Shown here: positions 17,792 to 26,530 of the stretch, one piece after another
How the letters are laid out: each line of letters starts with the position of its first letter
Position numbering within the stretch: position 1 is the stretch's first letter
Source: Bacteroidales bacterium
Lineage (GTDB): Bacteria > Bacteroidota > Bacteroidia > Bacteroidales > VadinHA17
Direction of reading: 5' to 3'
Length of the DNA: 64,000 nucleotides
NCBI GenBank assembly: GCA_046329875.1
Contig: JAXLTT010000001.1
Coordinates: 405,226-469,225 of the forward strand
Program-made: the position numbers and the translations under genes
The notes under the pieces: model-generated
Databases searched by the model: none
What the model was told of the DNA's origin: nothing
Seen by the model: the letters and a program-made list of their open reading frames with translations, nothing else

Positions 17792-19117
17792 TCAGATCAG
17801 CGTGTATCCGTCCCTGTAAGTATAATGGAGAAGTTTTGTTGCAGCTCCATCCTTATCATCAACGAATTCTTCTTTTGCCGGATTCCACTTTATAGTCCTG
17901 TTAAGTTCAACAGCAATGTTTCCGAGGTTACATACTGTACAACTGCTGTGGCCGATATCTACTGATGCAATAGGATCAGTACGTTTCCTTACGCAGTCGA
18001 TAAAGTTCTCGTAATGAGGAACTTTAGTTTCATATGGACCTTTTGCGTCAGTCTGTTTAGGAGGAAGGAATTTCGGGTCTGAAGCATTGTACATTTCCCT
18101 TGTAATTTCTATCCAGCCTTTCTCGCCCCAGAACTTAACCCCTTTGCTCATCTTATCATCCCATGTTTCCGAGGTCATTATTGTTCCGTTAGCATATTTC
18201 CACTGGATAAACTCTTTGCCGAGTGGTGATATTTCAACCGGTCCGTTCTTATCCATGCCGAGGCCCCACTGTGCTATGTCGAACATATGTGCTCCCCAGT
18301 CTGTTGTGAATCCGCCGCCCATTCCCTTGTACCAGCGCCATGCTCCCCAGAGCTGTTCGTTCTGTTCGGGATCTATTGTGATAGGTGGATCAAGTTCATG
18401 GTTATAGTGGAAGTTACCTGTAAGGGGTCCCAGCCAGAGATCCCAGTTCAGATCAGCAGGAAGCTGTTCCTGTGGAAGGTCGTACGGACGAGGAGGAGCA
18501 CCAACATATGCATTTACCTTGGTGATTGCTCCGAGTTCACCACTCTGTACCATTTTTACTGCGTGCTGGAAATTAGCATCTGAACGCTGCTGGCTGCCAA
18601 CTGCAAGTACACGGTTGTTTTCGCGAACAACTTTCTTCAGCTGCTGTCCTTCAAAAATTGTAAAGGTCATTGGCTTCTCAAGGTATACATCCTTGCCTGC
18701 CTTACATGCAGCAATTGCTATCATTGCGTGTGAATGATCAGGAACTGCTATCACTACAGCGTCTATATCATCATGTTTAAGAAGGTCCTGGTATTTTTCA
18801 TATGTTACAGGTTTTCCCTCTTTGCCTTTTTTCTTGTAGAAATCGAGGACGCGCTTTTCAAATCTCTGGCGTTTTACTCCATAGACGTCTGCACCGGCTA
18901 TTATATCTACGCCAGGCACCTGCATGAACCCTGCAAGCAGCGACATAGCCTGCTGGCCAAGACCTATGAAACCGAGCCTTACAAGCTTAGGCTCTTCACC
19001 TTTCGGGGCAGCTGATCTTCCGCAACCAAGTGCCGGAATGATTATTACCCCTGCAAGTCCCATAGCCGATGTGCCAAGGAACTGCCTCCTTGAGAAATTT
19101 TTCTTTTCTTCTTTCAT
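17792..19117 (-). CDS. Gfo/Idh/MocA family oxidoreductase with twin-arginine signal
   Basis: SRRQFLGTSAMGLAG TAT motif. Rossmann segment RLGFIGLGQQA and EKPMT motif. Confidence 0.85.
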   Translation of the reverse strand: MKEEKKNFSRRQFLGTSAMGLAGVIIIPALGCGRSAAPKGEEPKLVRLGFIGLGQQAMSLLAGFMQVPGVDIIAGADVYGVKRQRFEKRVLDFYKKKGKEGKPVTYEKYQDLLKHDDIDAVVIAVPDHSHAMIAIAACKAGKDVYLEKPMTFTIFEGQQLKKVVRENNRVLAVGSQQRSDANFQHAVKMVQSGELGAITKVNAYVGAPPRPYDLPQEQLPADLNWDLWLGPLTGNFHYNHELDPPITIDPEQNEQLWGAWRWYKGMGGGFTTDWGAHMFDIAQWGLGMDKNGPVEISPLGKEFIQWKYANGTIMTSETWDDKMSKGVKFWGEKGWIEITREMYNASDPKFLPPKQTDAKGPYETKVPHYENFIDCVRKRTDPIASVDIGHSSCTVCNLGNIAVELNRTIKWNPAKEEFVDDKDGAATKLLHYTYRDGYTLI

Positions 19118-19186
19118 AATTTTTTGATTGTATTTGGTTAGTTAATCTTATTTCAACATCTGCCTCCCACAAGCTGGCTCCTCGCT

Positions 19187-19211
19187 AAAACAGCCCACCG
19201 GGCTGTTTTTT
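19187..19211 (-). terminator. intrinsic terminator downstream of rubrerythrin
   Basis: CAGCCC / GGGCTG stem flanked by an A-tract and a T-tract, so it is usable on both strands. Located 36 nt after the rbr stop. Confidence 0.6.
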
Positions 19212-19246
19212 AACGCTCGGCCCTCTTTTACCTTTTGACTTTTACC

Positions 19247-19825
19247 TTAATAATTCTCTTCCCTTAACTGCATGAATGATTTCGGGTGCAGGCATACAGG
19301 GCAGTTCTCCATTGCTTTTACTGATTCGTATACATACCCGCAGTTGATGCATTTCCACCATACCTTGCCGTCTTTCATAAAGACCTTGTCTTCAGAGACG
19401 TTCTGGAGTAGCTTGAGGTAGCGACGTTCGTGTTCTGCTTCCACTTTTGCTATCATTTTGAAAGCGGTGGCAACTTCAGTAAACCCCTCTTCCATGGCTA
19501 TTTCCGAAAAATGCGGATAAAGATCTGTCCACTCCTCGTGCTCCCCTTCAGCTGCGGCTTTAAGGTTTTCCATTGTTGTCCCGATTATACCTGCCGGATA
19601 GGCAGCTGTTATTTCCGTCATGCCACCTTCAAGAAACTTGAAGAATCTCTTTGCATGTTCTTTCTCCTGGAGAGCTGTTTCCATGAAGATGTTTGCAATC
19701 TGTTCGAAGCCTTCCTTCCTGGCGACGCCAGCAAAGAATTCATAGCGGTTTCTCGCTTGCGACTCCCCTGCAAAAGCTTTAAGCAGGTTCTGTTCTGTTC
19801 TGGTTCCTTTCAACGATTTTCCCAT
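19247..19825 (-). CDS. rbr: rubrerythrin
   Basis: TEQNLLKAFAGESQARNRY ferritin-like diiron domain plus a C-terminal rubredoxin-like CxxC...CxxC (CINCGYVYE...CPVCLHP). Confidence 0.9.
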   Translation of the reverse strand: MGKSLKGTRTEQNLLKAFAGESQARNRYEFFAGVARKEGFEQIANIFMETALQEKEHAKRFFKFLEGGMTEITAAYPAGIIGTTMENLKAAAEGEHEEWTDLYPHFSEIAMEEGFTEVATAFKMIAKVEAEHERRYLKLLQNVSEDKVFMKDGKVWWKCINCGYVYESVKAMENCPVCLHPKSFMQLREENY

Positions 19826-19940
19826 GACAATTATGATTTTTGGTTAGTCTCTTTTTAATTGAACCAGGGTGGATAAATAATTATCCAGCCAGGGTCAGTT
19901 CACCTGCAATTTAATAATTGTTTAAGGAAATCTGAAATGG

Positions 19941-20675
19941 TTAGCGCTTCTTTATTGCAGCCCTGTACCATGCAAGAGAAACATCCGCGTACGGATAATG
20001 GTCGCCTGAAAAAAGTGCATTTGAGAAAAACCTCTTTCCTTCCATCGCTGCTATCTCACTCTGCTCCCTGAAAAATCCATAATTATAAGCTGTTGAAAGG
20101 AACCTGATCCTTTCCTCCGGGTTCATGCCGGTCAGATTGAATTTCCTTTCACATATCCTGAAAAAAACAACAAGGTAGCCAAGCTGCCTCGAAGGATCTT
20201 CCAGGTCGGTGAGAATGGCTTTCCTGTAGTCTGTGATATCGCTGAACTCTGCAGAATCCCTTACCATCTGGCGTAGTTTTCCACGTTGAACTGACCTGGC
20301 AGATATTCCCAGCAGTTCCGCAAATGATGGCTTCATCTGGAACGGCCCGATTGAGAAGTTTGCATACTCCTTACCGAGATTAACATACAGGGTTTTCAGA
20401 AGGGCCGTTTCCATCCTGTCCCTTAGAGCTGAGTAGCGTATCAGTTCAGGAAATACGACTGCCATTGCTTCATTGAACCCGATATCATTTTTCCTGAGGA
20501 ATGGCTTTATCCAGCCGGAGTTTGAATCTATGAACTCTTCAGCTTTTTTCCAGTCATCCTTGAATAATTCCCTGTAATTGATCTCCTGTGCCTGGCTATA
20601 ATTAAAAAAGCTTCCTGTAATAAAAACAGAAGCGATGAAATAATACATTAAACGAGTACCATTTCGACGAGCCAT
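19941..20675 (-). CDS. secreted hypothetical protein (weak lytic-transglycosylase-like motif)
   Basis: Signal peptide. FPELIRYS...SIGPFQMKPSFAE loosely resembles the SLT catalytic Glu and G-x-Q motifs. Confidence 0.3.
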   Translation of the reverse strand: MARRNGTRLMYYFIASVFITGSFFNYSQAQEINYRELFKDDWKKAEEFIDSNSGWIKPFLRKNDIGFNEAMAVVFPELIRYSALRDRMETALLKTLYVNLGKEYANFSIGPFQMKPSFAELLGISARSVQRGKLRQMVRDSAEFSDITDYRKAILTDLEDPSRQLGYLVVFFRICERKFNLTGMNPEERIRFLSTAYNYGFFREQSEIAAMEGKRFFSNALFSGDHYPYADVSLAWYRAAIKKR

Positions 20676-20679
20676 CGGA

Positions 20680-21633
20680 TTAGAAACTATCAGTTGTATA
20701 TCTTGAAATCATATCCCTGAAAGTGCCAAATGCAGGTTTTGGAGTGTAGTCGTCATTCATAAGGCCATGCCTGAAACCAGGAGTAAGCGAATTCGCATCC
20801 CTGAGGTCAAAATACTCGTAGCACTTTATGTTATATTCAGCACTTATGGAATGAACCGATTCAATCAGCTCCATTACAGATCGCACCTGTTCCTCACAGG
20901 AACGCTCTTCAGAAGTTGGCCACCCATTTTCTGTTATATGTAGTGGAATGGATGCTGGTATCTGAGCCTTGGAAAGATTATTCTTTCTGAAATGTGAAAT
21001 AACTGCCTTAGATGCATCTGATAGCGTCATCCCTGGTGGCAGTGGACGAAAAACTCCAGGGTAAAAATCGAGACCAACATAATCCAGTGCTGTATTGAAC
21101 TCCGGTGTTAAAAGTGCAGCCAGTGTTGGCCAGAACTGGTCGGAAGGGTTGAATGATATGACAGCATTAAAACCGACGAGGAAATCGAATCCGTTTTCAA
21201 GGGCATACCTTTTTGCTTCAACAACTCCATCAACAAGCGCATTAATTACTTTGTCGGATCCACCATCTCCTCCTGTTGAGGCATCTGGATTATTGGGCTC
21301 CTCTGTTATCTGTAAACTGTAAATCGAGGGACCATACCTTTTTATTAAATCCCGTATGAAATCAAACCAGGCTTCTTTCTCATATTTAACTGATCGGTAG
21401 CAGATAGCGATATCCAGTTTACGCCCCTCAGATAGAAATTTTTCCACGCCTTCCGGGGTGAAAAACTTATTGTCAAAACCGGTATAACACCTGATAAGAA
21501 ACGGTTTTCCGGGAGCTTGCAGCCGGCTGAGTGCATCAGATATCTTTTCCTTGTCGTCAGGTGGTCCAAAAAAAGCCCCGGGACCTGAATAATCGCTAAC
21601 GCCACTCCCGGGGTAAATGCCGAATAAAAGCAT
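20680..21633 (-). CDS. GH17-like clan GH-A glycoside hydrolase, no detectable signal peptide
   Basis: Five colinear GH17-like motifs: LFGIYPG (beta-1), ITEEPN (acid/base), LDFYPGVF, HITENGWPTSE (nucleophile) and YEYFDLRD...HGLMNDDYTPKPAF. Confidence 0.55.
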   Translation of the reverse strand: MLLFGIYPGSGVSDYSGPGAFFGPPDDKEKISDALSRLQAPGKPFLIRCYTGFDNKFFTPEGVEKFLSEGRKLDIAICYRSVKYEKEAWFDFIRDLIKRYGPSIYSLQITEEPNNPDASTGGDGGSDKVINALVDGVVEAKRYALENGFDFLVGFNAVISFNPSDQFWPTLAALLTPEFNTALDYVGLDFYPGVFRPLPPGMTLSDASKAVISHFRKNNLSKAQIPASIPLHITENGWPTSEERSCEEQVRSVMELIESVHSISAEYNIKCYEYFDLRDANSLTPGFRHGLMNDDYTPKPAFGTFRDMISRYTTDSF

Positions 21634-21647
21634 ATTTTTTTACTTTT

Positions 21648-22694
21648 TCAGAATGGGATCTTACATCTCATCAGGGAATTACGTTTCGGGGAATAGTAAA
21701 AATATGCCATGTAAGGCTTTCCGTCCACTTTAATGAGATATGGATTGAACAGGTCTGTCATCTTCCGTCCGTCACTGAAAGTAATGCTTCCTGAGTCATA
21801 GCAGGCATAACCTGAATTGTCACTCTTTATAAACAGGTGATCTGGTGAGCACATTGCCCCTGATATTGTTATTACAGTCTTACCTTTAAGATCGACAATA
21901 TTCTGACCCATCATAACAAGGATCTCATCATATTTCATTCCATCGAAAAAGAGTCCACCCTGTATCATATAGTTATCTTTTGCAACTTCAGTGTTAGATA
22001 CAATTTGTGGAATCATGCTCTGTGGTCCGCCATTGTCCATCATTTTCTTTTGCACCATCTGAGAGTACTGCATGGCAAGATCCATTTTCTCCTGGTCGGT
22101 CTTTGCATTTTTTATTGCCGCTTCGATCTTTTTGCCCTCGTCCTCCGTAGCAATGAGTGACTGGATTACCATGGCCACAAATTTGTCACCAGATCTTGTG
22201 ACTGCAAACTTTGTTATCTGCGCATAGGGACCATAGGTCTTTCCGCCAAATGAGATCGTGTATTTATCACCTTTTTTTGATATATAGCTGCTATATTTTT
22301 CAAGCAGGTTCGATGAGTTCTCAGAACCCTGTGCCTGTAGTTTTAAAACCCTTGGGTCATCGCTCCTGTATGGACCCTGTGTTGACCCGTTGCTTGAGAT
22401 ATAGAACTCGCCTGTTATACGGTTACCAAAAAGCACTGTGCCGTCAGAAAGAACTGTTATCGAACATTCACTATAATCAATCAGATACTTGTTCAGGTCA
22501 ACAATACTCTCTGCATTATCGCAGGCGCATAATGGCTCTGGCCGTGTATTCTTTGATGTATTTGACTGCGGGGTTCCAAGCAGATCGTTTTTTACATTCT
22601 TTGATACATTCTTGATGAATTTCCCTACCTGTGCCCCGGCCGGATCAGACAGCATAAGGCAGGCAGCAAGCGATAACAATAATATCTTCTTCAT
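21648..22694 (-). CDS. secreted hypothetical protein
   Basis: Long ORF with a signal peptide (LMLSDPAGAQ). No motif recognised. Confidence 0.6.
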   Translation of the reverse strand: MKKILLLSLAACLMLSDPAGAQVGKFIKNVSKNVKNDLLGTPQSNTSKNTRPEPLCACDNAESIVDLNKYLIDYSECSITVLSDGTVLFGNRITGEFYISSNGSTQGPYRSDDPRVLKLQAQGSENSSNLLEKYSSYISKKGDKYTISFGGKTYGPYAQITKFAVTRSGDKFVAMVIQSLIATEDEGKKIEAAIKNAKTDQEKMDLAMQYSQMVQKKMMDNGGPQSMIPQIVSNTEVAKDNYMIQGGLFFDGMKYDEILVMMGQNIVDLKGKTVITISGAMCSPDHLFIKSDNSGYACYDSGSITFSDGRKMTDLFNPYLIKVDGKPYMAYFYYSPKRNSLMRCKIPF

Positions 22695-22901
22695 ATTTCA
22701 CTTGTTTGTTAACACCATAAAATTATATCTTTTTATCTTTTTATCCTCACGAGTCAATTTTTTTTAAGAATAACCGGGTTACAGGTGATGATTCTGAGGT
22801 ATACGAAAATTTAAAAGGTTATTCTTGATTATTCGCCGAAATTTATAAACCTTGCTTATTAATACTGAAAATCTGTCAAAATAATAAACCCTGCTTTACG
22901 A

Positions 22902-23807
22902 ATGAAAGAGATCCTTGTAATCGGCTCCTCGAATACTGATATGGTAATCAAAACAAAAAAAATGCCTGCCCCGGGTGAAACGGTTCTTGGCGGTACCTTT
23001 CTCCTTAATCCAGGCGGGAAAGGTGCAAACCAGGCTGTTGCTGCTACAAGGCTCGGAGGAAAGGTGACTTTTGTTACAAAGCGCGGCAATGATCTCTTCG
23101 GCAACCAGACTGTCGGCCTTCTCATGAGAGAAGGAATTGACACAGAAAATATTATTAAAGATCCTGACCTTCCATCAGGAGTTGCACTTATTACTGTAGA
23201 TTCAAAAGGTGAAAACACAATTGTTGTTGCACCTGGTGCCAATGGAAATCTCCAGCCTGAAGATCTCCCTCCCGATCTTTTCGACTGCAGGCGCTACTCA
23301 ATATTGCTGCTGCAACTCGAAATTCCACTTTCCACTGTTGAATTTGCTGCAGTGAAAGCTTCTGAATGCGGCATGAGGGTAATTATAAATCCTGCTCCTG
23401 CTCCTGCCAGGCCTCTCTCGCAGAAAACAATCGAAAATACCTGGCTCATGACGCCAAATGAAAGTGAAGCTGAAGCCATTTCAGGTGTTTCAATCATTGA
23501 CGAGGAAAGTGCTGAAATAGCAGCAAAGGAACTCCTGAAAAAAGGTGTTAAGAATGTGATTATCACTTTCGGCTCAAAAGGGGCTTTTGTTATGTCTAAA
23601 GACTTTACAGGGATGGTCCCGGGTGAAAAAGTCAAGGCCATTGACACAACAGCTGCAGGAGACGTCTTTGTAGGGGCGCTTTCAGTAGCACTCGCTGAAG
23701 GTAAAAACCTGAGGGATGCTGTTGTCTTTGCAAACAAGGCTGCATCAATATCAGTCACTAGGATGGGAGCCCAGGCGTCAGCACCATTCAGAAATGAGAT
23801 AGCTTAA
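22902..23807 (+). CDS. rbsK: ribokinase
   Basis: VIGSSNTDMV, GGKGANQAVAA and DTTAAGDVFVGAL (PfkB family signatures). Confidence 0.9.
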   Translation: MKEILVIGSSNTDMVIKTKKMPAPGETVLGGTFLLNPGGKGANQAVAATRLGGKVTFVTKRGNDLFGNQTVGLLMREGIDTENIIKDPDLPSGVALITVDSKGENTIVVAPGANGNLQPEDLPPDLFDCRRYSILLLQLEIPLSTVEFAAVKASECGMRVIINPAPAPARPLSQKTIENTWLMTPNESEAEAISGVSIIDEESAEIAAKELLKKGVKNVIITFGSKGAFVMSKDFTGMVPGEKVKAIDTTAAGDVFVGALSVALAEGKNLRDAVVFANKAASISVTRMGAQASAPFRNEIA

Positions 23808-23817
23808 TCATCTTCAG

Positions 23818-24837
23818 ATGAAATACTTTTTCCTCCTCACAGCCCTGGCTCTCCTGCTTGCCGGTTGCAGCAGCAATAAAGGTAGCTCCAAAACAGGTGA
23901 GCGTGTAAAAATAATCTTCGATACTGACCTGGGACCTGATTATGACGACGTCGGGGCACTTGCTCTGCTGCACGCTATGGCTGATTCCGGTAAAGTTGAA
24001 ATTCTGGCGACAATCGCATCAAATAAACATCCGCTTGTTGTGCCTTGCATTGAGATAATCAACAGCTATTTCGGAAGGGCTGACCTTCCGCTTGGCGCAC
24101 CTAAGACCAAAGGCGTCAGCCTCACAGCCTTTCAGCACTGGCCCGATTCTCTTGCTGCAAAATACAGTCATAAAACTGACTCTACCGGTACTGCACCGGA
24201 TGCAGTAAGAGTTTACAGGAAAATCCTTACTTCCCAACCCGACTCATCTGTGACCATTGTGACAGTAGGCTTTCTTACAAACCTCGCAAATATCCTGAAA
24301 TCACAACCAGATGAAGTCTCAGCACTGAACGGACAGGAACTTGTTGCCCGGAAAGTAAAGCAACTTGTTTCAATGGCAGGATCATTCCCCCGGGGAAAAG
24401 AATTTAATCTCGACCAGGACTCTGTTGCATCGGAATATGTACTTAATGAATGGCCAACAAACATAATCTTTACCGGATTTGAAATCGGGGCAAAAATATT
24501 CACAGGCCTCAGGATCGTGAATTCAGATATAATAAACAGCCCTGTTAAGGATGTTTTCAGGATAAGCATACCACTTTCTGAAGAGGACAGGTATGGCAGA
24601 ATGAGCTGGGACGAAACAGCTGTCCTGATTGCAGTATACGGCGCTGATACCTTTTTCGACACTGTAAATGGCAACATTATTGTAAATCCTGATGGCTCAA
24701 ACAGCTGGGAAGACAACCAGGCAGGGAAACATAAGTATGTGAAATTTAAACTAACTCCTGAAGAGATAGGAAAATTTATAGAAGCAAGAATGGTTCATCA
24801 ACCTGTCAGAAAGCAAAACCCTGTAAAATCAGAATAG
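23818..24837 (+). CDS. nucleoside hydrolase (IUNH family) lipoprotein
   Basis: Lipobox LLAGC. IIFDTDLGPDYDDVGAL carries the DxDxxxDD calcium/ribose-binding signature. Confidence 0.8.
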   Translation: MKYFFLLTALALLLAGCSSNKGSSKTGERVKIIFDTDLGPDYDDVGALALLHAMADSGKVEILATIASNKHPLVVPCIEIINSYFGRADLPLGAPKTKGVSLTAFQHWPDSLAAKYSHKTDSTGTAPDAVRVYRKILTSQPDSSVTIVTVGFLTNLANILKSQPDEVSALNGQELVARKVKQLVSMAGSFPRGKEFNLDQDSVASEYVLNEWPTNIIFTGFEIGAKIFTGLRIVNSDIINSPVKDVFRISIPLSEEDRYGRMSWDETAVLIAVYGADTFFDTVNGNIIVNPDGSNSWEDNQAGKHKYVKFKLTPEEIGKFIEARMVHQPVRKQNPVKSE

Positions 24838-24854
24838 ATTGAACTAATATGAGA

Positions 24855-24897
24855 CAACTCTGTGTAACCCTGTGAATCTCTGTGCAACTCTTTGTAA
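24855..24897 (+). repeat. direct array of four 10-nt CTCTGTG-type units
   Basis: caactctgtg / taaccctgtg / aatctctgtg / caactctttg, then taa. Same unit family as 4837-4928 but with no inverted partner. Fills the spacer between the nucleoside hydrolase and ADP-ribosylglycohydrolase genes. Confidence 0.75.
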
Positions 24898-24903
24898 AAT
24901 AAA

Positions 24904-26523
24904 ATGTTACTTATGAAAAAGATAGTCCTGATTTATTGCTCAATGCTACTGATTATAGTATCATGTAATACAACCCCGGAAGGTTTCAAATCAATAAAGC
25001 CTGAGGTTCTCAGGGACAAGATCGCCGGTGGATGGGCCGGAAAGATGATCGGAGTTACATACGGGGCACCAACTGAATTCAGGGCTCAGGGAAAAACCTA
25101 CAACGATTCTATAAAATGGAAACCCGGTGATATAAAAGGGAGTATCTGGCAGGATGACCTGTACGTTCAGCTTACCTTTCTTATGTCGATGGACAAGTTT
25201 GGCACAGACGCCCCGGCAAAAAAATTCCAGGAGATGTTTGCCAGGGCCGGTTACCCTCTGTGGCATGCAAATATGATGGCAAGAAAGAATTATTACGATT
25301 CCATTTTTGCACCAATGTCGGGTCAGCCTGAATATAACATTCACGCCGACGATATTGATTTCCAGATTGAAGCAGACTATATAGGGTTTATGTGCCCGGG
25401 AATGCCGGTAAAAGCCGTTGAGATTGCAGACAGGATAGGCCATATAATGAACTATGGCGACGGAGTGTATGGCGGAATATTTGTTGCAGCCCTGTATTCT
25501 GAAGCTTTCTTCAGTAATGACATAAATACCCTGATTGAAAAAGCTCTCAGGTCAATTCCTGCAGAGAGTGATTATGCAAGGATAGTTAAAGATGTTGTTC
25601 TTCTCCATCAAAACTATCCGGCCGACTGGCATAAAGCATGGGATGAACTCGAAAAGAAATGGGGCAATGTTGATATCTGTGGTGCAGGCGACAGTTTCAA
25701 TATTGATGCAAAACTTAACGGCGCATATATTGTTCTCGGACTGTTGTACGGGGATGGTGACCCGGTAAAAACTATGGAAATAACCACACGATGCGGCCAG
25801 GATTCGGATTGTAATCCTTCAAACGCCATGGCAGTCCTGGGCGTGATGCGTGGGTTCAGCGCACTACCGGAAGATATGAAAGAAGGGATAAACAAAATCG
25901 CTGATACATTATTTATAAATACATCGTACTCATTCAACAAGGCTGTTGAAAGCACCTATAACTACGCTATTAGCCTTGCAGAACAAAACCAGGGAAAAGT
26001 CTCATCGGGCAGAATCCTTATAAAGATACAGGACCCACAGCCCGCAATGACGGAATCCTCTTTCCCGGGGCTGCTTTTCGGTAAAACCATCCCTGTCTCT
26101 GAGAATAAATTATGGATCGCAAAAGGCAACTGGGACAAGTTTCATAATGGCAGGAAAGTATCATCCGATGCTGACCTGCTGAGCAGCAGCAAAGCCGGCA
26201 GTGAGCTTCAGCTGACATTTGAAGGAACAGGTATCTCCATTAACGGAAGCTGGATTAAAGAAGGCGGTAAGGCGGATATTTATATAGATGGTAAACTTAA
26301 CAGGACAATAGATACATATTACAATTTCAGCGGACAGGAACATCAGAACGTGAGCATATGGCACCAGTTCGGACTTACAGAAGGCAAGCACCTTTTTAAA
26401 CTTGTTGTTAAAGGTGAGAAGAGGCCAGAGGCCTCAGGAACTGAAGTCCAGGTCAACAGTGCAGTAATCTTCCGTAATGGTGTAAGGGTATGTGATACTT
26501 ATAAGTTCCCGTTCGAAAAATAA
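24904..26523 (+). CDS. exported ADP-ribosylglycohydrolase-family protein with C-terminal extension (start 24904 or 24913)
   Basis: Signal / lipoprotein-like N-terminus (LIIVSC). DKIAGGWAGKMIGVTYGAPTEF and GQDSDCNPSNAMAVLG motifs of the DraG/ARH fold. About 170 extra C-terminal residues that look beta-rich. Confidence 0.8.
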   Translation: MLLMKKIVLIYCSMLLIIVSCNTTPEGFKSIKPEVLRDKIAGGWAGKMIGVTYGAPTEFRAQGKTYNDSIKWKPGDIKGSIWQDDLYVQLTFLMSMDKFGTDAPAKKFQEMFARAGYPLWHANMMARKNYYDSIFAPMSGQPEYNIHADDIDFQIEADYIGFMCPGMPVKAVEIADRIGHIMNYGDGVYGGIFVAALYSEAFFSNDINTLIEKALRSIPAESDYARIVKDVVLLHQNYPADWHKAWDELEKKWGNVDICGAGDSFNIDAKLNGAYIVLGLLYGDGDPVKTMEITTRCGQDSDCNPSNAMAVLGVMRGFSALPEDMKEGINKIADTLFINTSYSFNKAVESTYNYAISLAEQNQGKVSSGRILIKIQDPQPAMTESSFPGLLFGKTIPVSENKLWIAKGNWDKFHNGRKVSSDADLLSSSKAGSELQLTFEGTGISINGSWIKEGGKADIYIDGKLNRTIDTYYNFSGQEHQNVSIWHQFGLTEGKHLFKLVVKGEKRPEASGTEVQVNSAVIFRNGVRVCDTYKFPFEK

Positions 26524-26530
26524 GTATCAA

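Noticed and set aside
22859-24716. Long antisense ORFs opposite rbsK and the nucleoside hydrolase (22859-23242, 23294-23758, 24213-24716). Similar shadow ORFs occur opposite many other genes, for example 703-1098, 2632-3006 and 3797-4219.
   Set aside because: They lie fully inside confidently assigned genes on the other strand, and their composition is typical of antisense frames. They are shadow ORFs.
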